DNA of 64,000 nt from the human T2T-CHM13v2.0 reference genome, Homo sapiens: assembly GCF_009914755.1 (NCBI RefSeq), contig NC_060932.1. The stretch is one strand, 5' to 3'. The translations under genes and the position numbers were made by a program. The first letter of the stretch is position 1. Each line of letters starts with the position of its first letter. Shown piece by piece: positions 13,950-27,170 of the stretch. Below the pieces are notes generated by a model. The model saw only the letters and a program-made list of their open reading frames with translations, did no database searches and was not told the DNA's origin.

Positions 13950-15950
13950 TTAAGATAATATCAGACTTAAACCATTTGAGAGTAATTTACTAACATGATG
14001 ATGTCCTATCACCCTCAAATAATTCAGTGTTCATTTTCTATAAACAAAAACATTCTCCTGTGTAATCACTAAACAACTATCAAGATCAGAAGTTAACATT
14101 ACTATCATCTAATCCTCAGACCCCATTTAAATTTAAGTGTTGTAATAATGTCCTTCATACCAAAAAGATGCATTTTAATTTTGTGTTTAGATACTATGTC
14201 TCTTTAGTTTCTTTCAGTCTGGAAAAATTCCTCAGTGTTCCTTTGACTTTGAAGACCTTGACATTTTTTGAAGAGTACAGGCCAGTTATTTTGTAAAACA
14301 TCTACTTTTAAAAAATTACATTCGTGGTATGCACCTCTGGCAGGGATATCATTGAAGTGATGCTCTGTCCTCCTCATTGTTTAATTTTTTTGCTTTCTAA
14401 TAACTTATGATTTCTACTTGTCCCATTCCTGGTGATGTTAATTTTGATCACTTGATTAAGTGGGTTCTGACAGGCTTCACTGCTGTAAAATTATTCGTTT
14501 CCCTTTGTGGCTAATGAGTATGTTGAAAAATGTACTGTGTATGAAACTATGTAAATATTCCATTATTCATCGGCCTTTCAATTTATTCATTGATATATTT
14601 CTGTCAATAAAAACACTTGGATTCTCATTTTACTCAGTAAGTCACAATCCATTACTCTTTGTATTTTTTGTTGCTTTAAGTTTCTGTGTTTGAGCAGTGG
14701 GAGCCCCTTCAAGCTAGCTTATGTGTCTTGATGTGTCCCCATCTGTCTTTGATGACTTCTTTATATTCTGGCCAAGATAGGTGCTCCAGGGTCATTTTGT
14801 ACTTTCCCTGTCCCAGCCTTAGGGTCAGCCATTTCTCTAAAGAAATATATATACATTTGGTTGAAAACAGTATTTTGAAGCCAAGATGTGAGTGCTATGT
14901 GTGCTCATTGCTATTGGAGGATTCCTACTCTCAGGTCATCTCTGAGTCCAGAGCTAGGGAACATATGCAGTTTCATATACACCAGTTATGCATGTGCACA
15001 CATTTCCATCTTAATAGGTGCATTTATCTATCTGTATATTGAAAATCCCAAGCTTACATCAATTCCTCCAATTCCACTTCAGTGCCACAGGGTTCATTCT
15101 GGTTTTCTCTTTTTTTCTATTTCTATCTCCCTTTTCCAATTTCTAGAATCCTGACTCCCATGATCCTTAATTCATTTACTTATTTGAGCATTCCTCTTGT
15201 ATATGACCAGTCCCTTGTCACAGGTCTGCTCACATTTGCAGAGACCACTGGCTCACCCTGCATGGGTTGTCAATTCTCCCCTGGGCCTCTCATACCACTG
15301 ATCTCAAACTACCACTGCCAACCCCATGATCACTCATGAACACCCTCCTCAACCCTCCCAGGCTCTGACACACTTGCCCGCCACCATTGCTGCCCGTTCC
15401 CCACTGCACAGATGCCCTCCTCTCCTCACTTGGGCTCCAACACTCCAGGCTGGGTTGCTGCTGCTCTTGCTGCTGGGTTTTCCATTCCCTACACGGATGC
15501 CTTCTCCACTGTGCCCAGGCTCTGGTAACCTGCATCAGGCTGCTCCCTTCTCCCCATGTAGAAGCTTTCCTTAACTTCTCAGGTTCTTATACCATGCTGG
15601 GATACCCTCTACATAAATGCCTTAAATGCCTTTTCATCTTTCTTGGGCTCTAATACCCCATACCAGATAGTCCTATGTGCATGTTCTCCTTATCCTGCTG
15701 AAGCTCCAATAACCCTGCGGTTTGACAGTGCCACACAAAGGTCTTCCAGATGCCACTCTGGCTCTGACACTCTATAGCAGCTGTTTTCCTCCCCCTAGGA
15801 TGCCTTCCAGCATCCCGCTTAGGCTATAACCCTTTGCACTGGACTCTCCTGCCATGTAGACACCCTCTTTCTGAGCTCAGCCTCCCATTCTTACACAGGG
15901 CTACATCCCTCTGCTCCTTCCACCCACAGGCTCCTGCTTTGATCAGCCCC
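13950..15950 (-). mobile_element. Old L1 (L1MC/L1MB8-like) 3' end including a degenerate tandem-repeat region
   Basis: Antisense L1M 3' UTR motifs (CATTTGAGAGTAA, TTTGAAGAGTACAGGCCAGTTATTTTGTA, TTTGATCACTTGATTAAG) followed by ~60-bp C-rich units at 15330-15900. Confidence 0.65.
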
Positions 15951-16094
15951 ATCTTATCACCAATATATTGAATTTTTTGGGAAAGAAACAGAAAGAGAAA
16001 CAGTTTGATAATTTTTAGAAGTTGTTGTTATTATTTTTAAAAATTTTAACTGGAAAAATGAATGCAATCTTCTTTGTGTGGATATGTGTGTCTA

Positions 16095-16652
16095 CCAAAC
16101 AAAATGCGGACTATCTACATAATGAAATACTATTCTGCCACATAAAGAACAAAATCCTGTCATTTATGGCAACATGCATGGAACTAGAGGTCATTATATT
16201 AAGTAAAATTAGCTAGGCATAGAAAAACAAATATTTCATGTTCTTACTCCTGTGTAGGAGGTATAGACGTTGATATCATGGAGGTAGAAAGTATTAATAG
16301 AATGATAGATATGAGAGGCTGGGGTATGTAGGTAAGAGAAAATGAAGAGAGGTTGGTTAATGAATATAAACATTCAGTTAGATAAAAGAAATAAATTCTC
16401 ATTTTCAATAGCACAGTAGGGTGACTATAGTTAAAAGCAACACATTTTATATTTTAAAATTGCTTGAAGAGAAGAGTTGAAATGTTTCCAATAGAAAGAA
16501 ATGACAGATGTTTGAGGTTATGGATATTCTAAACACTCTGATTTAATTATTACACATTGTATGCATGTATCAAAATATCACCTGTACTTCGTATATACAA
16601 ATGGTGTACAATATGTACAAATATGTATAATTATTATGGATCAATAAAAAAT
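16095..16652 (+). mobile_element. L1MA-type 3' end, 5'-truncated
   Basis: AATGAAATACTATTC...GCAACATGCATGGAACTAGAGGTCATTATATTAAGT is the end of ORF2, followed by 3' UTR ending in TCAATAAAAA. Confidence 0.85.
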
Positions 16653-18600
16653 TTAAAACCTTTTTTTATTATAAAGTTCTGGCATATTTGTCAGACATTG
16701 AGTATCAAAAAACTAGGGTATTCTGCAATGGATTTCTATTTTCCAAAAGGATTCTAATCTCTTTGTTTTCTAGTGGTCAAGTAAAAGCAGCTGGTTTCCA
16801 TAATCTTCCTATGTAGGTGTGATTTTATAATATTATAATATTAACATCTGTAAAGTCAGTGTTCCCAGAAGAAACCAGGTGGTGCATAGGCATGAGGGTA
16901 ATTTAAATAGGGTCTAATAAAGGGACTATTTAGAAAGGTGTAGACAAGGTGAGACATCCACAAGGACTCATGCCAGACTTTGGAGGTTGTAACCACCAAG
17001 AGACATCCCTGAGTCTTGTGTTTTTGGATACCTAGTCACAATCCTGTGATTTTGTTACCTGATCCAAGTCCTAGCATGGGTGGGCTGTGCCAGCTCACTT
17101 TTTAGTGATCCACAGGGCATATACTCTCATCTGTTCAAAATCTTCCCAACTACTTTCTGTAATCACAGAGAAGCTTTTCCTTTTCTTTGTAGGGTTTGGC
17201 TTCCCTTCTGTCTCAGCCTTTATTCTTCCTTACCCTATAATTTTCTCTAAAGTCACTCCTTCAGGTTCTAGTTCTTAATATAGTAAACAGATAACAGAGA
17301 GAAAGAAAGAAAAGAGAAGAAAAAAAAGGAAATCAGCTGTGTAAGTTCTGATAAGTCCTTTTCTCTTTCTCAAATCAGCCTGATGTCAAGGCTGTTATCT
17401 CCCTGTAGACATAAGCAAACAACACTCTATTTTGAAACTCAGAGCTTGACAGCGATGTCTTTCTTTTGAGCATTGTTAGGTAGAGAACAGCTGCAGGGCC
17501 ATCAGGCACAACCAGGGGTCACTGGGAATCAACATGTTTGTTTAACATGCCATATAGATTGTCTGTCACACTTTATGTACAACCTGCAAGTTAGATGATT
17601 ATTCTCTCTCTTTTGCAGGTGAGGAAACTGAGGCTCAAATATACTAAGTAATTTACCTGAGACACATCATCTGTTAATAGTTGCTCTGAGATTCAAACTC
17701 ACCTTTGTCTGACTTTTTTTTTTCATGACAGAACCTTGTTGCCTCATCTCCCTCGTCTGCTAACACATATCTCAAATCAATAGCTCGTTGGGAAAACTAG
17801 GGTAATTTTGTGTTTGTGCATATAAAATAGTGATATTTTACAGTCATAGTCTTTTTCTGGCAGCATTTTCACTAATTTCAGTTTTTTAAAATGTGGAGTA
17901 GGTAAGGTTGCTTAATCTTAGAAGTTAGTGATCAATTTGGAGTCAAAATTTCCAATAAATGTGAAGTGCATCAATCCATATGCCAACTCGGTCATCACTA
18001 GAGAGAGGATGACATTAAAGCAAGTGCTAGAGAATTAGAGGTGAACATTGAGGTGCACCACTCAGATAAATCTTCAGGAAATAACTTGCTGATCAGATGT
18101 AAAAAGTGAAGTCAGATGACATCTTCTAGCTGAAGCACCCTTGGGATTGGCCACAGCATTTGAGTGAGGCCACACTCTTCTGGAGTATTAAAAGATTTCT
18201 GCCTAAAGAGGGGAGCAGTGGCACTGGGGCACCTCTGCTGCCCTCCCTGCCAACCCCTGCTCCTTCCTTCTTTTATCTTCCCCATGCTTGCCTTCTACCC
18301 CATAAGCCTCTTGCACCTGTGACTGTGTCTCTGCCTCTAGACACAGAAATACTGTAATAAAGAGAACTTAAAAAAATTTAGGCTCCAGATAACAATAAAT
18401 ATCCCTTCATGTATTGGGCATATGTTGTGTCTCATGAACTGTTCTAAGTCCTGAGAACAATAAGGGGAAAAGACTTAGTTCCTGCCCTTAAGGATCTCAC
18501 ATTCTAACATAGAAGGTAGGCATGCACAGCACATGCAAAACAAACTGTAGCAAAGAAAGGAGATATGCACACACAGACATGCACAGGCAAAACGAATTAG

Positions 18601-19013
<413 letters not shown>

Positions 19014-19229
19014 TAACGACTCATTTTTGTAAGACCCTGGAAATGCCCATTTTTAATGGGCTCATCAAAGTCCTTATATCCAGATAATATCATTGTGGAA
19101 TATAGAAAGAACCGGGATTGGGACACAAATCTTTGAAGAAAATCTTCTAATTTTGTCACTTGGGTTTGGTACAAGTGACGCACACCTTCCCTGACCTGGT
19201 TTTCTCATTGAAATGGGGATAAAATTACC

Positions 19230-19540
19230 TTTTTTTTTTTTTTTTGAGATGGAATTTCACTCTTGTTGCCCAGACTGGAGTGCAATGGCGCAATCTTGGC
19301 TCACTGCAACCTCCCCCATCCCAGGTACAAATGATTCTCCTGTCTCAGCCTCCCAAGTAGCTCGGATTACAGGCATGCGCCACCACGCCCAGCTATTTTT
19401 TTTTTTTTTTTTTTTTTTTTAGTAGAGACGGGTTTTCACCATGTTAGTCAGGCTTGTCACAAACTCCTGATCTCAGGTGATCCACCGGCCTCGGCCTCCC
19501 AAAGTGCTGGGATTACAGGTGTGCACCACCATGCCCGGCC
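19230..19540 (-). mobile_element. AluSp/Sq-like SINE inserted in a MIR
   Basis: TCTTGTTGCCCAG, T25 middle linker, 15-bp TSD TGAAATGGGGATAAA at 19209-19223 and 19541-19555. Confidence 0.95.
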
Positions 19541-19969
19541 TGAAATGGGGATAAAGATACTAACCAATCATTTACCCAGTTGTTTAGGTGCCTGCAAAGT
19601 GTTTTGTTCATGAAAAAAAAAAAAATAACACCTATATTAAGAATTTTGAGCCATGGACAATCAGATCAGGCTTTGAATGTATTTCCCCAATTACCGACTC
19701 ACTCATTTAGAAGATGTTCAAAAACCATTAATTTATTTAACTCAAAGGAAACCATTGATTGATAAAAAAAAATTATTTCCTCTGAAGAGAAAAAAAATAG
19801 TAGACTTTTAACATAGGTTTGCTTATGACTATGTTTCAGAGAAGTAGGTGAGTGGCAGAAACATTTCTGTCTGGAGCTGAATGAGCAGTGACTGGTTCAT
19901 AGGCAGAATCCTCAAGTCCTGATAAAGAGGTTTTGCAGTGGGAATTCCACTGAAGGATCCCAGTTTTCA

Positions 19970-20590
19970 CTTAAAAAAGTGTTACTTTAGAATAATTGTA
20001 AATTTACAGAAGGGTTGCTAAGATAATAGAGCTCTGTATACCCCTGACCCAAATTTAATGACATTTTACGTTACCATAGCATATTTGTCAACATTGGTAA
20101 ACTACTATGAATTAAACTTCAGGCTTTTTTTCCTCAGAAATTTCTTTTTCTCTTTCAGGTTCCATCTAACCCAGGGTGCCACATCGTACTTAGTTGCCAT
20201 GTCTCCTTTCTTTCCTCTGGTTTCTTTCCTTGTTTTTCACGACCGTAACGATGTTAAGGAGTACTGACCAGGTATTTTGTAGAAAGTCCCTCGATGTTTG
20301 TTAGACAACTTTTTCTCATGATTATTGGAGTAATGAGACTTGGGAAAGAATAACATAGTTGTGAAATGCTATTTTCATCATGTCATATCAGGGTACATGA
20401 TATCAACATGATTACCACTGTGATGTCAACCATGATCATTTGCTTGCCACATTTCTCTACCGAAAAGTTACCATTTTTCTCCCTTTCTATACTCCATTAT
20501 TCAGAAGCAGGTTACTAAGTTCAGCCCAAAATGTGGGAGTGGAGAGTGTGGAGTAGGAATTAAGCCTCACTTCCTGGAGAGGGGAATCTT
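19970..20590 (-). mobile_element. Old L1M 3' UTR fragment
   Basis: GAATAATTGTAAATTTACAGAAG...GGAGTACTGACCAGGTATTTTGTAGAA...GGGTACATGATATCAACATGA. Confidence 0.7.
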
Positions 20591-21002
20591 TACTTACCTT
20601 TTCACTTTTAATTATTTTCCATATTTATTATTTCCAAATCACAAAGAGATAAGTCAAAGATGCTGAAGTAGAACCCAGAGCACAAACTCAAAGATGTTGC
20701 AAGATTTGAAAGGTTTGAGAATAATAAAAACAGTGAAAGTAAAAGTAAAGGGTTTTATTCCCTGGAAGTCCATTGTATTTACCAGGCACTCTGCCACTTA
20801 CCTTTCAAATATTCCTCTAATGTTAACCACACTCTGCTTATTTCTAGTTACCTGAGAGCATGGAGACCCAGGGAGGTTTAGTCTTTTGGGACAAGGCTAT
20901 ATAGGCAGTGACTTAACACAAACAAGAGTCAAACCCACGACTGTCAGGCTCAAGCTGTCACATTGCCTCACGGAGTCTGAGAAGGTAATAAGAGTCAGAA
21001 TT

Positions 21003-21163
21003 GGCCAGGAATTGTAGCTCATACTTGTAATACCAGCACTTTGGGAGGCCAAGGTAGAAGGATTGCTGGAATCCAGGGGTTTGAGGTTGCAGTAGGCCAT
21101 TATTGTGCCCTTGCATTCCTCCCTGGGCAACACAGTGAGATCCAGACAAAAAAAAAAAAAAAA
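21003..21163 (+). mobile_element. Monomer-length Alu (left-arm 5' end joined to right-arm 3' end; FAM/FRAM-like)
   Basis: About 145-bp body plus A16. Starts with left-arm CAGCACTTTGGGAGGCCAAGG and continues with right-arm GAGGTTGCAGT...CTGGGCAACA. Degenerate TSD AGAGTCAGAAT / AAAGTCATAAT. Confidence 0.85.
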
Positions 21164-22909
21164 GTCATAATCTTAGCAGTGCATCAGGAATTTAGAGAGT
21201 CCAGAAAGATTGGCTTGGAAGCAGGTGCTGTTTGGAAAGATGGAGTAAGCAAGGGATTTAGTACAAATAGTCAATTTAGACTAGAAGCAATGACACATTG
21301 AGAAGGAATGTTAGGTAAGCCAAATCTGGTTATTTCCCATTCAATCAAATCTTTTCCTTCTCTATGTACCCATTTCCAGGTTTATATGTCTATCATAAAA
21401 CTTGTCAGATATTGTTAATTTAAAAATCATGTCTGTTTCTCTGACATTAGCCCATGAGTGCTAGAGCAGCGATGTCTATGCCTCGCAGCTCTCCATAGCA
21501 CCAATACCTAGATGGTGCCCAGGGCTTCCTAGCTGCTTGAGCAATGTTTGCTGAATGAATGCATGAATTATTATATATGAAGATCCCCAGTATATCAGTA
21601 TTTAGAAAGGACCATGTGTTCTAATCACGTCAAATTATTTCTTTAGGTTGAAGGTCATACAAGCAGAATATTCAACCTTCTCTGTTTCAACTGGAGACAG
21701 ACTTTGTCTGCAAATCCACAATGATACAGTGGAGTCAACAGTAGAATAGATCTTGGCTGGCTTGGCTGACTAGAAGTTCATCAAAATGGGTTTGCCACTT
21801 AGACAGTAAACAATAGCTGTGTTATCTTGGTATTAGTCAAATGAGTAGGACCATGGTTATTGCTTCCAATATGCAATACCCACAATTCCCTCTTCACTAA
21901 CCACCCCACTGACCCCTTGTTCTATTTACCTAACCGCTTTCCAGAAAGTATGGTTCAGACATTTGGTTAAAATGTAATTTTGAATGTTCAGACTTAAATC
22001 TACACAGAATCATAATATTCTGTTCTGCAAGGTTTTTATTAGCATGGTATCATTATTAGGTATTATTCTATTCCTGACTAGTATTGCTAAATGGTTTAAA
22101 TACATTTAATTTATTTTTGTTTATTTTAGTCTATCTTAAGTGCTCTTAAATGCATTTGCTTGTAGCATTTTTAAAGTTTTGGCTTGAAGTTATAACCAAA
22201 GAAACACTAATGATAATTGCATGCATGTGTAGAAGACTGTATTTTACAAAGAACTATCCCATGTATTAGCTCCCAAGGGTAGGGACAGTTCTAGTACAAA
22301 TCCATGTGCATTAAGAGATACGGATAAGTTCATTACCAAGGTCTCTTAATCTGTTTAAAGAGAGATAATTGTAACATTCCTTGATGATAAGGATTATGAA
22401 GCCTATTTAAACATTCCCAATATGGTGAGAGATGTGAAAAAATGTACCTCTATTGAGATCTATTTCTGACAATAATGTTTTTCTAGAGTGGTGCAGTGCA
22501 TCCCCCTACCTGTCTAGTCTCCCATTCCAGAAAGATGGAGATTCCCAGGCATTTCTGGCTTGGCAGGCTATGGACTGGGTGTGTTCTGAGCAGGTGCCAA
22601 GGCAGTGCGTTTCTTGTCCTTGGAGGGGAAGGCTGAAGCCGACGGGCCACTGTTGAATACCATCAAGGGAAGTAACAGACAAGTTATAAGCAAACAGTTC
22701 ATGCCTTGGTGGCTAAGTCAATAGGAGCTACTAGAGGAATGGTTGCTAGCACAGAATCAAAGGAAGTAGAGACCAAGGTGAGAGAGGAATTTGGAGGTAG
22801 GTAGAGAGATGAGTCTGGAATAATTTCAGTGTGAGAATGCAGATGATCATGGAAGCATTTTATGTAATAGTGGCAGCCTCTGCTTTGGACTCTCCAGGTG
22901 TATAAAAAA

Positions 22910-23080
22910 CCATTGGTTTTAGCCTAGTTTCACATTTGAAACACCTGGGTTGCTTTGGAATGTACAGATGTCTGGCCTCCCATCCCCTGAGACTCCTGTT
23001 AAGTTGGCCCAGGCATGGCCTGACACAAATATTTTTTAAAAGCTCCTCAGGAGACTTGATTCATTGAAAACCACTGATCC
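22910..23080. mobile_element. MER5A-like hAT-Charlie DNA transposon fossil
   Basis: CACCTGGG...CAGATGTCTGGCC...AAGCTCCTCAGG...GAAAACCACTG. Confidence 0.65.
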
Positions 23081-24379
23081 AAAAAATAAAACGTTTAACA
23101 TATACCACTTATCAATTCTGTCCATTCTTTAGTAAACATGCAGATATTTTTCATGGCTTCTTGTAGAAGATAGGCAATAAATAAGGTCAGTACATTCTGC
23201 TGAACTGATGCACCTGAGGTCACTGCAATGGTGCAAAGAACTGCTGCTTTGGTTCATTTAATATTAATGACCCCTGATTTGATGAATTCTCAGAATGTGA
23301 ACTCCTTAACGACAGGGACTCTATCAGACAGGATCTTGGAAGAAAACAGATAACATCCTCAAATTGGATACTTTGATGAAAGTTTAAATATCTGTTTTCA
23401 AATGTGTTAGCAGGGTGTGTGGAAACGCTAAGGAATAATTACCGAAATGGGAGCCTTTAGAATTCCTTGGCCTAATGAGAAAAAAGGAACAGTTATAGAA
23501 ACTAAAGGCAGGAGAGGATTATGACTCAGCTGAAGGATGCATTTAGACCTCTTGACCGTGAAGAGATGGAGCCAAGGAAATAAATGCCCTGACCATTCTC
23601 TTCCATCTATCCAGTCTCCTGCTCATGCTCCTCATTGGTCAAACCCAACCAGAATTCCAAACACAAAATACCCATTGATGAAGTCCATACAGATCCACAC
23701 ATAAGTCACAGATCAGGGATAATCTAGGGAAGGAGGCAGAGTGAATGCAGAAGGGCAAGTGGAAGATAGCTGCACAGGTTCAATAGTTTTTTTTTTTTTT
23801 TATCCATGTGATCGCCTACCCCCAATATCTGTAGGGTCTGGTACCTATAATATTCTTAGCAAGAACTATGTGAATTATGATTATCAATGAACAATGAAGT
23901 TACAAAGAGAAGTGAAAGTAACACTTATTAGGTACCTCCCAGTTACCAGGTGTTTAGTTTTATTGAATCTCACAATAACTTGGTGAGATGAATTATGATT
24001 ATAGCCATCTTACAGGTTGAGAAAATAGCAAGTCAAAGAGGTTGAGCAACTTAATACAGGGGCACATCATCTATAGGTGCAAAAAGGGACTTCTGGCCTA
24101 GGCCTAGCCAACTGTGGGTCCAAGCTTTTTCTCTAACACCATGCAACTCTCTTACTGCAAACAGAAGTACAGTTCATAACCACAGGAAACCTTGAGTGAT
24201 CTCTCCATGATGAGATTGATATAAAGTTTGATTCAATTCACTTTGTTAGGTACCAAGGAAATAGAAGTTCATGGCTCCTTCCTACCCTCACAGAGTTAGT
24301 AAGCTCACATATATTTCAATCATTTGTGGAAAGGTTACCACGTAGGGGGCCCAGGCCTTAAAATAAAAGCCATAATTTA

Positions 24380-25500
24380 TCATTCATTCATTCACTCATT
24401 TATTTATTTTTCCATTTATTAATTCACTCAGTGCTTGACATCATTCTAGGCTGCGGCAATGCAGCTGCAAATAATCTAAAGTCCCTCATTACACAGAATT
24501 TACATCCTGGTGGGAGCCAAAAAATAAACCAACAAATAAATAAACAAGAAAAATGATAGGTAGTGATAAGCATTATACAGAGAATGAAAGCAGGTGATGT
24601 GATAAAGAGTGATGGATGGTTTTGTTAATTTGGGAAGCCAGGAAGAACTCTTCCAAAAGGTTTATGTCTCAGCTGAGATCGGCAGGTCTGAAGGAACCAG
24701 CTATGAGAAAATCAAGGGCAAGAAAATTTCCCATAGTGTGGAGGCTCTAAGGCAGGAATTCTAGGATGTGAGAGAAAACTGAGAAAGCTAAAGCATAGTG
24801 AGCTAGGAGAACAGTTATAAAATAGAAGTTAAAAAAGCATTTGGGGTAGATCATATAGGATTTTTTGCCCATCCAAGGGTGATGGGAAGCCATAGGTAGG
24901 TTTTGAGCAGGGAATGCAGTGATCTGATGCAGTTTGAATGCATTACTCTGGCTGCTTTCTGGACTGTAGTGGGGAGGAGGGAGAACAGAAAAACCTACTA
25001 AAGCACTGTTGTAGGGATAAAGGAGAAGATACTGGAGGCTTGGACTGGGGGTGATGGTAGTGGAGCAGAAGAGAAGAGGATACTCTCAGGCCATGATTTG
25101 GAGGTAAAAGGTGTCAACAGGATTTGCTGAATTTTCAGACGTGGGACATGCAGGAGACAGGAATCCAGGATAAACTCACTGATATAATAAAGACTAAGGA
25201 AGCAGTAGACTAGGAGAATAGAATAAGAATGGAAATTCAGAATTTTGTTTTAGCCATGTTAAATATGAACACTTGTTAAGACCTAAGTGGAGGTGACACA
25301 CTGGAAGGTGGATGCAGATACTGGAAAAAGCAGGGCTGGAGACCCACTTTTGGGGTTTCTGACACATAAAGCATACAGAATCCAGGGCTGCATGAGAAAA
25401 TCTAGGAAGCAGGAGTAAAGAGACAAGAGGCCTGGACGAGGCATTCAACGTTGTGAGGGCAAGCAGAAGATGAGCTAACAAAGGGAAATAGCAAGGTGTC
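24380..25500. mobile_element. L2 LINE fragment
   Basis: (CATT)n L2 tail, GGGAAGCCATAGGTAGGTTTTGAGCAGGG, GGAGGCTTGGACTGGGG. Confidence 0.75.
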
Positions 25501-25560
25501 ACTCTTACAGTATGTCTGAAGGCCCTGATATTTCAGGACAGAAAGAAATTTGTAAGTGTT

Positions 25561-25870
25561 TTTGTTTTTGTCTGTTTGTTTTTTGAGACAGAGTTTCACT
25601 CTGTCACCCAGGCTGGAGTGCAGTGGCGGGATGGGATCTCGGCTCACAGCAACCTCCACCTCCCAGGTTCAAGTGATTCTTGTGCCTCAGCCTCTGCAAT
25701 AGCTGGGATTACAGCTGCCTGCCACCATGCCTGGCTAATGTTTGTATTTTTAGTAGAGATGGGGTTTCACCATGTTGGCCAGGCTGGTCTTGAACTCCTG
25801 ACTCCAAGTGATCAGCCTGCCTCGACCTCCCAAAGTGCTGGGATTACAGGCATGAGCCACTGTGCCCGGC
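25561..25870 (-). mobile_element. AluSx/Sz-like SINE
   Basis: Antisense Alu with an internal 5-bp duplication GGGATGGGAT. TSD AAGTGTT at 25554-25560 and 25871-25877. Confidence 0.93.
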
Positions 25871-25955
25871 AAGTGTTAAATTTAATCATTTAAATTAAAT
25901 GCACAAACATGGAGACTTCCTTCTCTGCTCAGACTGACATTGTGAGCTATTAAGG

Positions 25956-26032
25956 GGGAATATTTGAGCCAGCTTCATGGATGGCTTACAGAGTAGATAC
26001 ACTGAATTGCAGATACTGTTAGAAAGAGCTAA
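25956..26032 (+). repeat. Local direct duplication, partner 26748-26826
   Basis: First 44 bp identical (GGGAATATTTGAGCCAGCTTCATGGATGGCTTACAGAGTAGATA). The remainder is diverged but ends in shared GAAAGAGCTAA. Confidence 0.9.
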
Positions 26033-26269
26033 AAGGCTCTCTCTATCACTAGGAAACTGAGCACCTGGGACCTGCCTTTCTCAGGTGCAGTTAGATATGC
26101 TGCTTCTGTGCCGTGTCCCTGAAAACAGTGAACAATAGCTTTGAATCATAGGTGCTTTGTTTCAAATTGTGGCCCTGCTACTCATTAGATATATGACAGC
26201 ACACAAGTCATTTGGCTTCTTTGAGCCTCTTTTTCCTCATGGATAAAACAACGATGATGCCAATCATCT

Positions 26270-26505
26270 GCAAACTTCAGTGGAAAAAGAAAACCTCTTT
26301 CCTGACAGATTCAGAAAAAATCTCAGGTGCGATATGATTTTCAGGGGCCTCATTTTACCATCGAGGTCCAGGTGTGTGAACCCTCTCCCTTTTTAAATTA
26401 ATTTATTTAATTTGTTTATTTATTTTGAGACAGAGTCTCACTTTGTCACCAAGCTAGAGTGCAGTGGCACAATCTCTGCTCACTGCAACTTCCGCCTCCT
26501 GGGTT
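26270..26505. repeat. Two-part local copy: inverted 28551-28609 plus direct 28718-28891 (includes an Alu 3' fragment)
   Basis: 26270-26329 is the reverse complement of 28551-28609. 26332-26505 matches 28718-28891 with 6 mismatches in 174 bp. Confidence 0.95.
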
Positions 26506-26510
26506 GCCAA

Positions 26511-27170
26511 TGTAATGGATATGCATTGATATTCTGTCCTGCATCCATCCTTTGCCTCATTCTACCCTATGAAAATCATATCACAATTTCGTTCTGATGG
26601 TCCCACCTCACCCTCTCAGCTCTTGTACTTTAAATGAAGTTGTCTATCCTTTCCCTCCAGGTGCAACAGTGACAAATGCCAGGTTTTCTCTAATCAGCAC
26701 AAATCAGCACATTCTATACCTCAGGCTTTGCTGATTGGCTTAAAGCTGGGAATATTTGAGCCAGCTTCATGGATGGCTTACAGAGTAGATAAATTGCACT
26801 GCAGATGGACTATAGGAAAGAGCTAATGACCTAAGTCAGGCCAATCAGAACCAAAACAATCTAATCATGGTGTATCTTTTCTTAGCTAAAGAAATAAATA
26901 GATTATATTCACTGCTGGAGCGGGTGCTACATTTTGTGAGTTTGAACCAATGAAAGTCACCATCACGACCCTAAAAATTGAGCCTATCTAAAAGATGCAG
27001 CTTGAAAAAAAAAGTTCTGGGGGTATCCTTTGAGCCCTTGACTGAGCCATGTCTGAGGCCCCTGAATTCTACACTGGACTTGAGTGCAAGTTAATAAATC
27101 CCCTTTCTGGTTCCAGCCTGGCGGAGCTGAGTTTTCTTTCACTTGCAAGTATAAGAGTTTAAAGTGATCA
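26511..27170 (+). mobile_element. Old MLT1 solo LTR interrupting a MIR
   Basis: TGT start, GATTGGC...GGCCAATCAGA, AATAAATCCCCTTT...CACTTGCAA end. MIR halves at ~26130-26260 and ~27175-27260. Confidence 0.6.

Noticed and set aside
15330-15900. Repeat/spacer-like periodic array (CRISPR-like at first glance)
   Set aside because: Units are heavily degenerate, the context is a primate L1 fossil and there are no cas genes.
20802-20851. 50-bp minus-strand segment between CAG| and |GTAAGT
   Set aside because: Too short, unrecognised peptide, no independent support.
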